Positions 1 through 12,986 are shown, numbered from the whole stretch's first letter. The stretch: DNA of 63,470 nt, filler included, from Octopus bimaculoides (GCF_001194135.2; 9 parts of 9 records of this genome joined end to end with filler, not necessarily neighbours in it), one strand, 5' to 3'. Translations and numbers: made by a program. Notes: a model not told the origin generated them from the letters alone.

Positions 1-34
<34 letters not shown>

Positions 35-1020
35 ACATGACAGAGATACATTTGTGCTCGTAAATGCATGTATATACAGAGATATTCGCGTACATAGACA
101 TATACATACATACATGCACATACAATGCATTCGAGAAAAATAACAACAGAGAAGTAAAGTGTAAAATCAAATTGAATGAAAGAAGGAAAGTGTTAACCTA
201 GAGTCATTTGGAGGCAGAAAAGATCGCTGGTAAGATATCTACACGGTATTCTGTATTATTCTGAGCTTGATATAGCTGCATTTAGTTTTGTAGAGGTAGT
301 GGAATTGGCAATGGTGTTCTCCAGTATGGTAGTAAGTATTTGTCGAAGTATTTATATTTCCTAAAGGTTTCAGATCTTCTGATTAAGAGAAAAGCTTGTA
401 TTACGTGTTAGAAGAACATGTAGTTCCTATAAACAGTAGCTATCATAAGATATGTAACAGAAATAGCGACAATGTGAGTTATAATTGCATTAAAATCTCC
501 ATTGCATCTCTAATCAGTAAAACGAAATTTCCACTACCAACGCGCAATATTTCACCTCTTTAATTGTAACAACTCTAATACCTGTTTTGTCAACGCCACT
601 TAGCTTCCTTAAGAATCAGTTTATCGAGTTAAGGTCTTTTTATAAAATTACGGTAAAAAAAAAAGATGCTATATGGAACTTACTGAAAATGCCTTTAAAA
701 AGAAAGAATTCTAGCAACATAAAGAACCGGAAAGACGCCTTTCCACATCATTAACGAAATATATTTGTGGTTTAGTTAGCGATTGAAAATATTAATAATT
801 GCAAATGAATTAGTCTAATGTAGATAATGTTTCCTTATAGATTAATTGCTCCAGGAAGTGCAAACTTTATTTCTCGAGAAGTAAAATATCGCATTATAGC
901 CTTTTGCAGTTTCCAACAAAGGATCGGAAATAGTTAATAAATGCATACACTACTATCGGTATTTATTGAAGAATTTCCAAATAAAAACAAGTAAAAATAG
1001 CTTCTTCCCCGCGTATACAT

Positions 1021-1260
1021 AGTGGAGGTGCATGGCTTATTGGTTAGGGTGTTGGACTCATGATCGTAAGAATGTGGTTTTGATTCCGGGGCGATGCGTT
1101 GTGTTCTTGAGTAAAACACTTCAGTTCACGTTGCTCCCGTCCACTCAGCTGGCAAAAGTAAGTAATCCTGCGACAGACCGGCTTCCCGTCCAGGGTGTGG
1201 GAGATATATACTCCACGGAAACCGGGAAACCGACCCTATGGGTCTATATGACACAGGAAG
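1021..1260 (+). mobile_element. tRNA-derived SINE, family C
   Basis: GTGGAGG head with A/B boxes, TTCTTGAGTAAAACACTT core, GAAACCGGGAAACCG 3' part. Confidence 0.85.
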
Positions 1261-2062
1261 TGCTCTCCTATTATCTGCGTACACGTTGCCAAACCCTGAA
1301 AGGAAGTCACATACTGAAAACTGCTATTCATATTTGCTAAAACTGCATTACTTTTATGTAATGTAAAAAAAAAAAAAAAAAAGAATGAAGATATATTAGT
1401 TTTGAATATGAAGAGGTCATGCTCTGCATATGTCAATTATATAAATGAATGTACGATAAATTATCAGACGTTTTAAAGCTAACCAATTAAATCTCGATGA
1501 CAAATCATATTTCAATATGTTTACGAATATTTTTCCTTATATATCATCTCGCTACTTTCCTTTTTAATTCGTTCCAATATTCGTCAGCCTGATACAGAAG
1601 AAGCTTCAGCTTCACGCGCGCGCGCGCGTACACACACGTTAACGAATGTGATTCAATATTATATATATATATAAGCTAGACTTAACATTAACTGAAAAAT
1701 TATTCAATAAATTTACAAGGAAATGCTTCATAGTTACTGAGAAGTTTCGCCAAGTGTCGGGTTCGTCAACACACACACACACACATATATACATATATGT
1801 TTATATGTATATGTGTGTATACGTATATGCGAGAGTGTATGCGTCCATGCGTGTATATATGTATATATATGTGTGTGTGTGTGCGTGCGTGTATGTGTAT
1901 GATTGTGTGTGTATGTGTGTGTGTGTCATATATTTTTCTAAATTGAAAATAAAATACGTATGATACTCTAAAGTTATTGCGTGATTCTCCAATAAATGTT
2001 TAACGATTTTACATACTCTCTCTCTCTCACACACACATCCACTGACACACACACCACATGTA

Positions 2063-2108
<46 letters not shown>

Positions 2109-2208
2109 NNNNNNNNNNNNNNNNNNNNNNNNNNNNNNNNNNNNNNNNNNNNTTAATTAATTAANNNNNNNNNNNNNNNNNNNNNNNNNNNNNNNNNNNN
2201 NNNNNNNN
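2109..2208. other. Artificial 100-bp scaffold join N44-TTAATTAATTAA-N44 (linkers also at 18546, 30008, 35980, 41750, 55304, 57488, 59806)
   Basis: The same palindromic 12-mer, a stop in all six frames, centred in a 100-bp N block eight times. Confidence 0.9.
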
Positions 2209-2329
2209 TATATATATATACATGTGTGTGTATGAATATATGTATATATATGTATATATTCATATATATATATATGTATGCATATGAATATATGTTGTAT
2301 ATATATGTGTGTATGTATATGAACATATG

Positions 2330-2371
<42 letters not shown>

Positions 2372-3830
2372 GTGTGTATACATATGCTTATAACTACATA
2401 TAAATACACATACATACACATGTTCTTTATCCTCCATATTCCCAGACCTGCTCATGTCAACTTAGATGTCTTCAAGATAATTGAATATATTGATAATTAA
2501 ACTAAGTAATTATACTTAAAAGGTTTTTATCAGTACTATTAAAGGATTAGATAATTAATAAGTACCTCCAAAACTATTAGTCCTACAAGATCAATTATTT
2601 CCTACAGGTATAATCAAGCTATTAATGATTTAGCTTGTTAATAATTACCATTAAAAAAGATTAGTTTTGCAATATCATTTGTTTTTAGTAGAGAAATAAT
2701 CTAGCTATTTATCTATTAATTTAGCCAACGTTTAGAAAGAAATTGTGAAAAAAATAATCTCCGATTCTTATTCGCTATCGTTATTGGCTAGTTTTTCATT
2801 TTATTCTATACTTTCACTATATAAAATCAGGGTATGAGACAAATTGGCACAGCTGTTTTGGCGCCGCATGTTTGGTGTCGCTGATTCGGCGCTGACTAAT
2901 TTGACTTCAGTCGTTTTAATGCTTCTGTCGTTCTTTTCTTCCTGCCGTTAGGTCCCTCTCTCTCTCTCTCTCTCTTCTGTTCACTCTCTTGAATCCTCTC
3001 TGTCTCTCTAACTGTTTGTTTGTCCCTCATTTCCTCCCTCTTTCTTTCACTCTCTTTCTTCTTTCTCTCTCCCCCTCATTTACTCTATTTCCCTTTCGCT
3101 GCTTATTGACAGACGGACAGATAGGCAGATAGACAGATAGATAGACAGACAGACAGACAGATAGACAGACAGACAAACAGACTGACAGATAGACTGATTG
3201 GCTGATTGATATGTCGCAGTACACACGCACACACACATATATACCTATGGATGTGCGTGTGCATATTTATGTATGTTTATATGCACTGACATATATATAT
3301 ATATATATATATATTTACATATAGAGAGGGTCTAGAAATATATAGTTATATTTATATATACCAAACTCACAGACTTTCTACCCTGGTAGCTTTCTATCTT
3401 TCAATTTGTATATATATATGAGAATGCATGTATGTATAAGTTTTGATTGCTTTTATTATACATGTATGGCTTCACTGAATTTCACGCATGACTGATTTCG
3501 GCTAAAGCAAGTTTCCCAAAGTGCAGCAGCCAATCATCATAGAGATAAGTTACGGACTTAGAACTGCCTTTGTCTACGAAAGCAATCAATTCTGATCTAT
3601 TTTGTTTATCAATAAATTCTTCCGTGCCCCGCCCCCGCCTTATTTAACCAATCTAATATCCTATTTGCCACCAACATATTCATACCTGCTCATACCTCTT
3701 CGAATTATTTCACAATATTTACAATTGTGATGTACTTTTACCACCAAGGGATGTGATCTGAGACTGAATTGAAGCTAAAACAAATATTCATATTTGTCCC
3801 ATATGTGATGCGCGTGTTTGTGTATGTACG

Positions 3831-3883
<53 letters not shown>

Positions 3884-4533
3884 CACACACATGTGAATAT
3901 ATATGTNNNNNNNNNNNNNNNNNNNNNNNNNNNNNNNNNNNNNNNNNNNNNNNNNNNNNNNNNNNNNNNNNNNNNNNNNNNNNNNNNNNNNNNNNNNNNN
4001 NNNNNNNNNNNNNNNNNNNNNNNNNNNNNNNNNNNNNNNNNNNNNNNNNNNNNNNNNNNNNNNNNNNNNNNNNNNNNNNNNNNNNNNNNNNNNNNNNNNN
4101 NNNNNNNNNNNNNNNNNNNNNNNNNNNNNNNNNNNNNNNNNNNNNNNNNNNNNNNNNNNNNNNNNNNNNNNNNNNNNNNNNNNNNNNNNNNNNNNNNNNN
4201 NNNNNNNNNNNNNNNNNNNNNNNNNNNNNNNNNNNNNNNNNNNNNNNNNNNNNNNNCCGTCCGCCACTACCCTCCACGAAAACAATTTAATTTGTGTTCG
4301 TGGGAAGAACCATTTTAACGATGCGTACTGCCTTAATTCTTCGAAACGCCGGAGTTTTAATGGTGGCAGCTGATGAAGGGGATGTTTCTATGTGGCCTGC
4401 TTGTTTGTTGCACCTTGTTCACCATTTTGTCCTTGTTCTTTTGCCACGTCATGTACCCAGTTATGTATCTATATGTACATGTAGATGAACGTATATACAT
4501 ACATGTACATATATATGCATATACTCATATATT

Positions 4534-4568
<35 letters not shown>

Positions 4569-4574
4569 CTTTAG

Positions 4575-5122
4575 GAACATTGTATGTTCTAGGACTAACT
4601 TATATTTTGCAGCTGCATTGGTGGCTAATGACCCCTGCTCTTGACAAGCATGCACGACTACAAATATTGCAAACCAAGGTTTTTCCATTCACTATGCTAG
4701 CAGGTACGCTTTCGAGCAGCACGCTTAAATTCTTCATGCAGAATAAGTGTTCTTTCAAAGCTGTCGACCTTCTCATTAACCTGCTTCCTCCATCTGTGGC
4801 GATGTCAGGCATTGCTCTCCCAGTCGGTCTCCTGCATATCACAGGCCTTTAATGAGGACTTGGCACAGTCCTTAAATCGCAGCCTTGGTTTCTGCTGGGG
4901 TCTCTTTCCACTAACATGTTCCTCATATAGCATCTGTTTAGGGATCCTGCTATCCTTCATTCTAATAAGGTGTCCAGTCTAACGTAACTGGTGCTTGTGC
5001 ACCGTTGCCTCAATACTTAAGATATCAGCTTTCCTCAGGACCTGTGCGTCTGGAGTTTTTAAGGTCCAGCCAACATTCATAATGTGTCTCAGACTCTGTG
5101 ATGAAGGCGTTCAAGGACCTTT
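4575..5122 (-). mobile_element. RTE-clade (BovB-like) LINE, degraded 3' fragment
   Basis: Conceptual translation LERLHHR.CLRHIMNVGW...QLR*TGHLIRMKDSRIPKQMLY...KPRLRFKD...WRKQV...FE, then a C-terminal CNICSRACLSRAGVISH motif. Contains stops and frameshifts. Confidence 0.85.
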
Positions 5123-5129
5123 ACATGAC

Positions 5130-5506
5130 GTTTGTAAAGGGTCCATGTCTCACATGAGTAAAGGAGCGATGTCAGTACACATCCACGGTACATAGCCCAG
5201 GAGTAAATGGCAGACATTCTTCATCATCATTTTGCCGCCTAGCTCTCCTGATTTAAACCCGTTGAACTACGACGCCTGGGACGTAGTTGCTCACAATACA
5301 AAGGACTCGTTTATGTTTGCTATTGGGGACGATATGGCCAACATGAATAAAGATCCCCTCATCAATGCATTTAGGCGTCTCAGAAGCCTTATTGAGGAAG
5401 TAATCAACGCTGGTGTCGGTTTTACTCAATAGTCTTTAGTTATGTGTGTGTAGGATAAGAGTTACCAAATTCTATAAAAATATATTTGGTTTTTACGCAC
5501 ACTGTA
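5130..5506 (+). mobile_element. maT/DD37D-like Tc1/mariner 3' remnant
   Basis: PPSSPDLNPLNYDAW...HNTKDS...MANMNKD...RSLIEEVINAGVGF matches the C-terminus of DD37D transposases; the fragment ends in CTG-TA. Confidence 0.7.
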
Positions 5507-5792
5507 TGTGCGTGAATAGGTGTATATGTGTGAATCATAAACATATTTCTTACACCTGTTATTTTTGTTTGACAACAAAAAAATCGCTGTCTAGACTTCA
5601 TATATTATTACATATATACTTACGTGTGTGTGTGTATGTGTGCTATATATACATATACGCACGTACGTATTACATACATACTTATATTGTCTAAGCTCTA
5701 AATTTTTAATTATCCAAATTACTCTTTACCAAAAGTATGCCAAACTCTTTTTTTATAAAAATATTCCATGTTTGTTTGTGAATTGAGACTGC

Positions 5793-5836
5793 ACTATACT
5801 GACGAGGTCAAATAGCCCGAAACAAATATACATAGT
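5793..5836 (+). ncRNA. Decayed minimal type I hammerhead-like motif
   Basis: ACTATA-CTGACGA-GGTC-AAATA-GCCC-GAAAC-AAAT-ATA-CATAGT. The cleavage triplet reads ATA rather than GTA. Confidence 0.55.
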
Positions 5837-6412
5837 TGTCTTTAGTCTGCAACAACGAATAAACTTACCTTTCCCTAGTAAATTAGTTTCAGAAATTTAC
5901 TTTAATTTGCTTTAATTTCTTCAACTTATCAAATATTTTTCTTTGAGGTTGGTAAAAACTACTACTAGATATAATTTGTCTCTTCCTCAGAAGAACGGTG
6001 TAGACAAAAAAGGGTTGCTGTATACAGTATTTAGTACACTATCCTCCAGTCTAATTATACATACATTTTATATATATATATATNNNNNNNNNNNNNNNNN
6101 NNNNNNNNNNNNNNNNNNNNNNNNNNNNNNNNNNNNNNNNNNNNNNNNNNNNNNNNNNNNNNNNNNNNNNNNNNNNNNNNNNNNNNNNNNNNNNNNNNNN
6201 NNNNNNNNNNNNNTATACATATATAGATAGATAGATAGATAGATATATAGATAGATACATACATACATACATACATACATACATACTCATACATATATAT
6301 ATATATATACACTATTTATATATATGCATATGCATGTATGTATACGAATGTATGTATATGTATATCTATATGTATATATATATGTTTATATATAATATGT
6401 ATATAGATATAT

Positions 6413-6515
<103 letters not shown>

Positions 6516-6536
6516 ACAGACAGCTAGATAGATAGG

Positions 6537-6585
<49 letters not shown>

Positions 6586-7444
6586 TATTGAAACTGCCCT
6601 TTTCTCTCATGACGTGAGTTTCACGGCACCGCGACCTTCCGGTGAGAACCATGCGTGGGTATGTGTGCTTGTGTGTATGTGTGTTACGTACATATGTACA
6701 TACATGCTTAAATAATTACATTTATTTGTAAATATATGTAAATTGCTAAAAGCTGAAACGCTTTAGTCGTGTTGCTGAGTTTGACATACCCTGAATTTTT
6801 CAGTCATTTGACATAATGAAGCGTAACATTATATAAACAACGTTATTAGAAATCACATCGAGATATAATTGGCTCACCTCATATCGTAATTTGATTGGTT
6901 CCCGACATACAATATAGAAAAAGCGCCACATTTTCAACTATTCCTATTTTCATATATTCTTCGGTGAAAACCTGTGACCTTTTTAATATCTTCTGTACGC
7001 TCACTTGAGTATGATAAACAGCACTTTTTTGATGAAATTTTCGAGTTCATAAATATTTGAATAGTTTTGATACGTGTGCTCACCTCTCGGCGATCAACAA
7101 ATCCACGATATAGGAAATACAAGCATCTAGCTACTTATTAATTCAATACGCCACAATAATTAATAATAAGTGTCAGCACGAATTCATCATTTCTGATATT
7201 GTGCTCAAAATTACAAAAGATTGCAATAGAGTGTTTATGTGCTCCTAAAGACATAAATCACATCTTCTGTATTTGTAGAACACATTCTATTTAATAGACC
7301 AAACCATCATATAATTTATAATATACTCTTCTTTTCTTCCAGATATATTGGAATAGTGAAGTAGTAAGTCGTAATTCTGTGTACTCAGGTGTATTAATGT
7401 ATGTATATAGGTAGGTAGGTAGGCAGGTAGTTTTTTTCTTTTAT

Positions 7445-7680
7445 TCTTTTAATCTTTTACTCGTTTCTGTAATTTGACTGCTGCCATGCTGGAGCACCAC
7501 TTTATGGAGCTTTAGTAGAACAAAACAACCCCAGGACTTATTCTTATCTAGTACTTATTCTATCGGCTTCTTTTGTCGAACCGCTAGTTTACGGAGGCGT
7601 AAACAGGCGATGGTGGAGAGGGAACAAACGCAGACACAAACACACACACACGCACGCAAGCACACACGTACACACACACA
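7445..7680 (-). mobile_element. SINE family A, 3' half
   Basis: TTTGACTGCTGCCATGCTGGAGCACC...CCCCAGGACTTATTC...AGTACTTATTCTATCGG. Confidence 0.8.
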
Positions 7681-7733
7681 NNNNNNNNNNTATATATATA
7701 TATATATAACGAAATATGAGATCCTGAATAAGA

Positions 7734-7823
7734 TACTCTGATGAAGGAGGCAGTATCCAATTTTCGGAATGAAAACACCCTTAAAATCTATGGATTACTG
7801 TACCCCAGAAACGGCCGTAAGTA
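7734..7823 (+). ncRNA. Minimal type I hammerhead ribozyme-like motif
   Basis: TACT-CTGATGA-(long helix II GGAGGCAGTATCCA / TGGATTACTGTACC)-GAAAC-GGCC-GTA-AGTA. Helix I is TACT/AGTA and helix III is the palindrome ACGGCCGT; the helix II closing pair is imperfect. Confidence 0.65.
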
Positions 7824-8030
7824 GATTAGCATCAGCATTTTGCCTTAACAATATTATTTCTTCTCTCGGGTTATTTACAATTTTTTTGAAACATTCCAAC
7901 CTCAACGCTACGTTGTTCTTTTATTCGCTGTTCGGAAGACTTTACTTTATTCACCTTTTTGTAAGGGCATACTTTTATTCTTAATAATTTTTATGACGCC
8001 GTTCTAACCTATTTACATTCATCTATGTAT

Positions 8031-9338
8031 ACTAGCAATGCATCCCGGCGTTGCCCGGGTGTTATGACCTACAAGCACATTGTATTATTTGCTCCTTTCT
8101 TAGGGGCAGAATCAGCACAGCTGATATATAGTTAATGACATAATGGAAGTTATTGTTTGTTTAATAATGAAAGGTGAGGGTACAACTTGCATGAAAGTGA
8201 AAAATTTGCATGCAAGTGAAAAATTTGAATGAAAGTGAAAAAATGGAAAGTCACCAATTTAGCAATAGTATGCGTCACAAATATAACAAAGTACAGAAAG
8301 TCAACATTTATTTGGAACATGTACTAAATGTTACAGAATTCAAGATTGAATATGACGGTGAAGAAAATGAAAATCCAAGAAAATTCAGAAGGCATAATTC
8401 AATTTTCCATACAAAAATAATTTATTTTACAATTTTGAAACGAACGCTGAACCAAGTTACTGGAAAATAAGATGCTGTTGCTGTAACGTTAATTTAAAAT
8501 AGTTGTTGAAGGACGAATGTAGCAACATATAAATTAATTTGGCATTACTACATATTTTTTAACTGTGTAACGTTATGGGCTGTAGAATAAAAATACTGAC
8601 TAACGCAGTAAAAAAGGTTGTACGACGTTGATACTCAGTGACGAAGAAGCTTGGGAGGATAGTTAAAAATTATCTTGAAACTGGTTAGAAGGACTGGAAT
8701 AACATTTCTGTAATTATATTGAAAGAGCTGCTGAGTCTTTCTACTTCGCTAAGTTTCCGAATTTGTAATAAAAACCAGAATAACTTTTTTTCCAGATATA
8801 TTTGGAAGTATTGTGAGTGGTGTTAAATTGGTCAAATCTTAGTGTTAGTAGTATTTTAAAATTAACGCCGTTATTCATTTAAAGACCAGGCCGCAGCTAA
8901 ACTTTCAATATCGGCACGTTTCACTGTTGGGCGGGAGAAAATTACATACATAAGCTAAGATACACACACATACATTAACGCACACCTGAAGCCTATCTCT
9001 GTCACTGTGAGTGTCGTGCATCACAAAAATGTATGTATACTGACAGACACATACACCGTCACACACATATACTTGTCAGTCATCGGCTTAACGTAGGTAA
9101 CGACGCGCGAACACACTCATATAGAAAATGTGACATCATTGTCGTTGTGGTGGTGATAGAAAATGTCGTTTACGATAGATGACTAAAAGAAAAATGACAA
9201 TGTTAAATTTTAGGAATGCAAATATGTAAATGAAAATATAGTTTAGTTGGTAGTCAAAAGCCTACTGAATCTTTTGATACCCCATACGTCAAACCGGCAA
9301 TTCGATTTTGGGATGCATAAGGAACATACGCACAGACA

Positions 9339-9384
<46 letters not shown>

Positions 9385-9411
9385 AACTCTCTTTAATATA
9401 CATATAAGATT
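8031..9411 (+). mobile_element. Non-autonomous Helentron/DINE-type element (HINE-like)
   Basis: 5' ACTAGC...CCCGGCGTTGCCCGGG hairpin, internal ~20-bp tandem repeat (8188-8240), 3' (CA)n then ACAAACTCTCTTTAATATACATATAAGAT. The internal boundaries are uncertain. Confidence 0.5.
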
Positions 9412-9871
9412 AGATTTTTATACATTTGTGTATCCATGACTTTTTAATATATTTTAATATTTTAACGACTAATACATTGGTATATTTTAAAGGCTGATAT
9501 GCATCGATCTATGGAAGAATATATGTATAAATAAATTGTCGAACTTATCGGAAATTCTCCTTAACAATTTTGTTATACTTTTGCGTCNNNNNNNNNNNNN
9601 NNNNNNNNNNNNNNNNNNNNNNNNNNNNNNNNNNNNNNNNNNNNNNNNNNNNNNNNNNNNNNNNNNNNNNNNNNNNNNNNNNNNNNNNNNNNNNNNNNNN
9701 NNNNNNNNNNNNNNNNNNNNNNNNNNNNNNNNNNNNNNNNNNNNNNNNNNNNNNNNNNNNNNNNNNNNNNNNNNNNNNNNNNNNNNNNNNNNNNNNNNNN
9801 NNNNNNNNNNNNNNNNNNNNNNNNNNNNNNNNNNNNNNNNNNNNNNNATATATATATATATATATATATAT

Positions 9872-10103
9872 ATACGACGAGCTGTTTCCACTTTCCGTCC
9901 ATCAAATCCACTCAAAAGGTTTTGGTCGGCTCGAGGCTATAGTAGAAGACACTTGCCCAAGGTTTCACGCAGTGGGACAGAACCCGGGACCATGTGGCTG
10001 GGAAGCAAGCTTCTTACCACACAGCTACGCCTAGGCCTAAAACAGACGAAATAATGCCGTTAAGCATTTTGCACAGTATGCTTACGATTCTACCAGCTCG
10101 CCC
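9872..10103 (-). mobile_element. SINE family A 5' half (9872-10033) plus SINE family B head (10040-10103)
   Basis: GGCTATAGTAGAAGACACTTGCCCAAGG core with a tRNA-like head, then ACGATTCTACCAGCTCGCC. Confidence 0.8.
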
Positions 10104-10391
10104 TTTATTTAGTTTTTTTTTTTTGGTTTTTATGTTTTTGTTTCAAATATTTTTTGTGTTTCCCTGTCTTTAACGTTTCCTTTCTTTGGAGGCACTGTGT
10201 TGTATTTGGCCATTATAATACTGGACAGCACGATTAAAGTGTTCCTTGAGAACGGACAAGGTGAGCATTTGCTTACTGATGCTTTTAAGGAAGATGTTTG
10301 GGACAACGAAGGATGGTTAGAATTTAGATTTCTCTCTTCAAATTTGTCATTAGGTTTTCTATTTCTTTCTTTTACCCTTCTATTCTTTTAT

Positions 10392-10712
10392 TTGCTTCAA
10401 TTATTAGACTGCGGCCATGCTAGGGCACCACCTTCAAGAATTTTAGTTGAATAAATCCACTCCACTATTTATTTTATTCTCTAAGCCTGGTACTTATTTT
10501 GTCGATACTTTAGCCAAACAGACATTAAGACACACACATAGATATACACATAAACATATACTTATATACGACGAGCTTCTTTCAGTGTCCGTCTATCAAA
10601 TCCACTCCGAGGCCATAGTAGAAGATACTTGCCCAAAGTGCCCCGCAGTGGGACTGAACCCGGATTCATGTGGTTGGGAAGCAAGCGTTTTACCAAACAG
10701 CCTCTCCTGCGT
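10392..10712 (-). mobile_element. SINE family A, near full length
   Basis: Both the head and the 3' GCGGCCATGCT module are present. Confidence 0.8.
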
Positions 10713-11086
10713 CTATTCACTACTATTTATTAAATTCATTCTAAGAAACTTATAATTCTATATGCATGTATTTATGTATTTATGTATTTCATTTCATCTA
10801 GTTTCAGCTCATGAGCTGTGGCCATCCTGGGGCACCGCCATATATATTTCTCCGCTACTCCGATATTTAAGTGGCTAAAAAGTGTCAGCAGAAGGGCACC
10901 CAGCAGTGATGACCCGGATGCAGCCCGGCCCCCTTAGGGTGTGAGAAGTTAGGGGCCGAAACACTTGTCTGGGGTGTGTTTCTTCTCTCAAGACTATTTC
11001 TTATTCAGCTCATTCCAGAGTTTCTTACCGCTGTGTATGTGTATATGCGTATATTTGTATATGTGTGTGTGTATGTGTGTGTGTAG

Positions 11087-11243
11087 AGGGACGTGGCGTT
11101 GTGATTAGAGAATCGCATTTATGATCGTAAGATTGTGGTTTCGATTCCTGGGCTGGGTGATGAGCTGCGTTCTTGAGCAAAACACTTCATTTCACGTTTC
11201 TCCAGTCCAGTCACCTCAAAAATGAGTAATTCTGCGACGAATT
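11087..11243 (+). mobile_element. SINE family C, cut by a gap
   Basis: Homologous to 1021-1260 and 20105-20365. Confidence 0.8.
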
Positions 11244-11545
11244 NNNNNNNNNNNNNNNNNNNNNNNNNNNNNNNNNNNNNNNNNNNNNNNNNNNNNNNNN
11301 NNNNNNNNNNNNNNNNNNNNNNNNNNNNNNNNNNNNNNNNNNNNNNNNNNNNNNNNNNNNNNNNNNNNNNNNNNNNNNNNNNNNNNNNNNNNNNNNNNNN
11401 NNNNNNNNNNNNNNNNNNNNNNNNNNNNNNNNNNNNNNNNNNNNNNNNNNNNNNNNNNNNNNNNNNNNNNNNNNNNNNNNNNNNNNNNNNNNNNNNNNNN
11501 NNNNNNNNNNNNNNNNNNNNNNNNNNNNNNNNNNNNNNNNNNNNN

Positions 11546-11579
<34 letters not shown>

Positions 11580-12273
11580 TGTGTATATATATATATATAT
11601 ACTTATACGAAAATATATATATTCGAATATGGGTGTGTGTGTGTGTCTGTGTGTGTGTACATATCCGCACACATAAAAGAAATACATATAAATATACACA
11701 TACATACTTATTATAATTAAATACGTGTCCTGTTTTTATTCTATATTATTTATTTCTATTTCTTGTTTTGTTCTTTATATTTATTTTCCCATTATTTTTA
11801 TTGTTGTTTATTCGTTTTTTTTTTGTTTTTTGTTTTTTGTTTTTTTTTGTTTGTTTTTTTTACTAATAGAAAGTAGTTTTATTCCTCTTTAATGTAGTTT
11901 ACGTCTTTGCTGATAACAGAAAATATCATATTGGTAATTGAACAATTTAATGTTCTCATTTATTGCTTTTGTTGTTGTTGTTGTTGTTGTTGACGTTTGC
12001 CAATCTTGTTGACGTCGATTAAAATATTCTCGTTGATGGTGTTGCTACTCTTGTTAATATTGATGAAGAATTTTCGATCATCTTGTGATTAATATCGATG
12101 TAGAAGTATTAGATATTTCGGGGGTGTTTTTGTCGTTGTTTTCTTCTTACTTTTGTTTTTGTTGTTGTTTTGTTTTGCTCTATATTTTTGTACAAAATGA
12201 ATTAAAATTTAATTTCCAATCATTATAAGGTCGGCGGCAAAACGTAAATAAAACTACATTTTCATTTCATTTA

Positions 12274-12356
12274 GAAGAAGAAGAAGAAGAAGAAGAAGAA
12301 GAAGAAGAAGAAGAAGAAGAAGAAGAAGAAGAAGAAGAAGAAGAAGAAGAAGAAGA
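12274..12356. repeat. (GAA)n microsatellite running into a gap
   Basis: Read directly. Confidence 0.95.
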
Positions 12357-12813
12357 NNNNNNNNNNNNNNNNNNNNNNNNNNNNNNNNNNNNNNNNNNNN
12401 NNNNNNNNNNNNNNNNNNNNNNNNNNNNNNNNNNNNNNNNNNNNNNNNNNNNNNNNNNNNNNNNNNNNNNNNNNNNNNNNNNNNNNNNNNNNNNNNNNNN
12501 NNNNNNNNNNNNNNNNNNNNNNNNNNNNNNNNNNNNNNNNNNNNNNNNNNNNNNNNNNNNNNNNNNNNNNNNNNNNNNNNNNNNNNNNNNNNNNNNNNNN
12601 NNNNNNNNNNNNNNNNNNNNNNNNNNNNNNNNNNNNNNNNNNNNNNNNNNNNNNNNNNNNNNNNNNNNNNNNNNNNNNNNNNNNNNNNNNNNNNNNNNNN
12701 NNNNNNNNNNNNNNNNNNNNNNNNNNNNNNNNNNNNNNNNNNNNNNNNNNNNNNNNNNNNNNNNNNNNNNNNNNNNNNNNNNNNNNNNNNNNNNNNNNNN
12801 NNNNNNNNNNNNG

Positions 12814-12986
12814 GGCTAGTCGATGATATTAACCCCAGTGTTTCTCTGATACTTAATTTATCGACCCCGAAAGGATGAAAAGCAAAGTCCACCTCGGCGG
12901 AGTTTGAACTCAGAATGTAGCGGCAGACGAAATACCGCTAAGCATTTCGCCCGGCGTGCTAACGATTCTGCCAGCTCACCGCCTTA
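12814..12986 (-). mobile_element. SINE family B
   Basis: Reverse complement GGCGGTGAGCTGGCAGAATCGTTAGC...GAGTTCAAACTCC...CTTTGCTTTTCATCCTTTCGGGGTCGATAAATTAAGTATCAG (possibly a Nin/Deu-like central domain). Confidence 0.85.
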
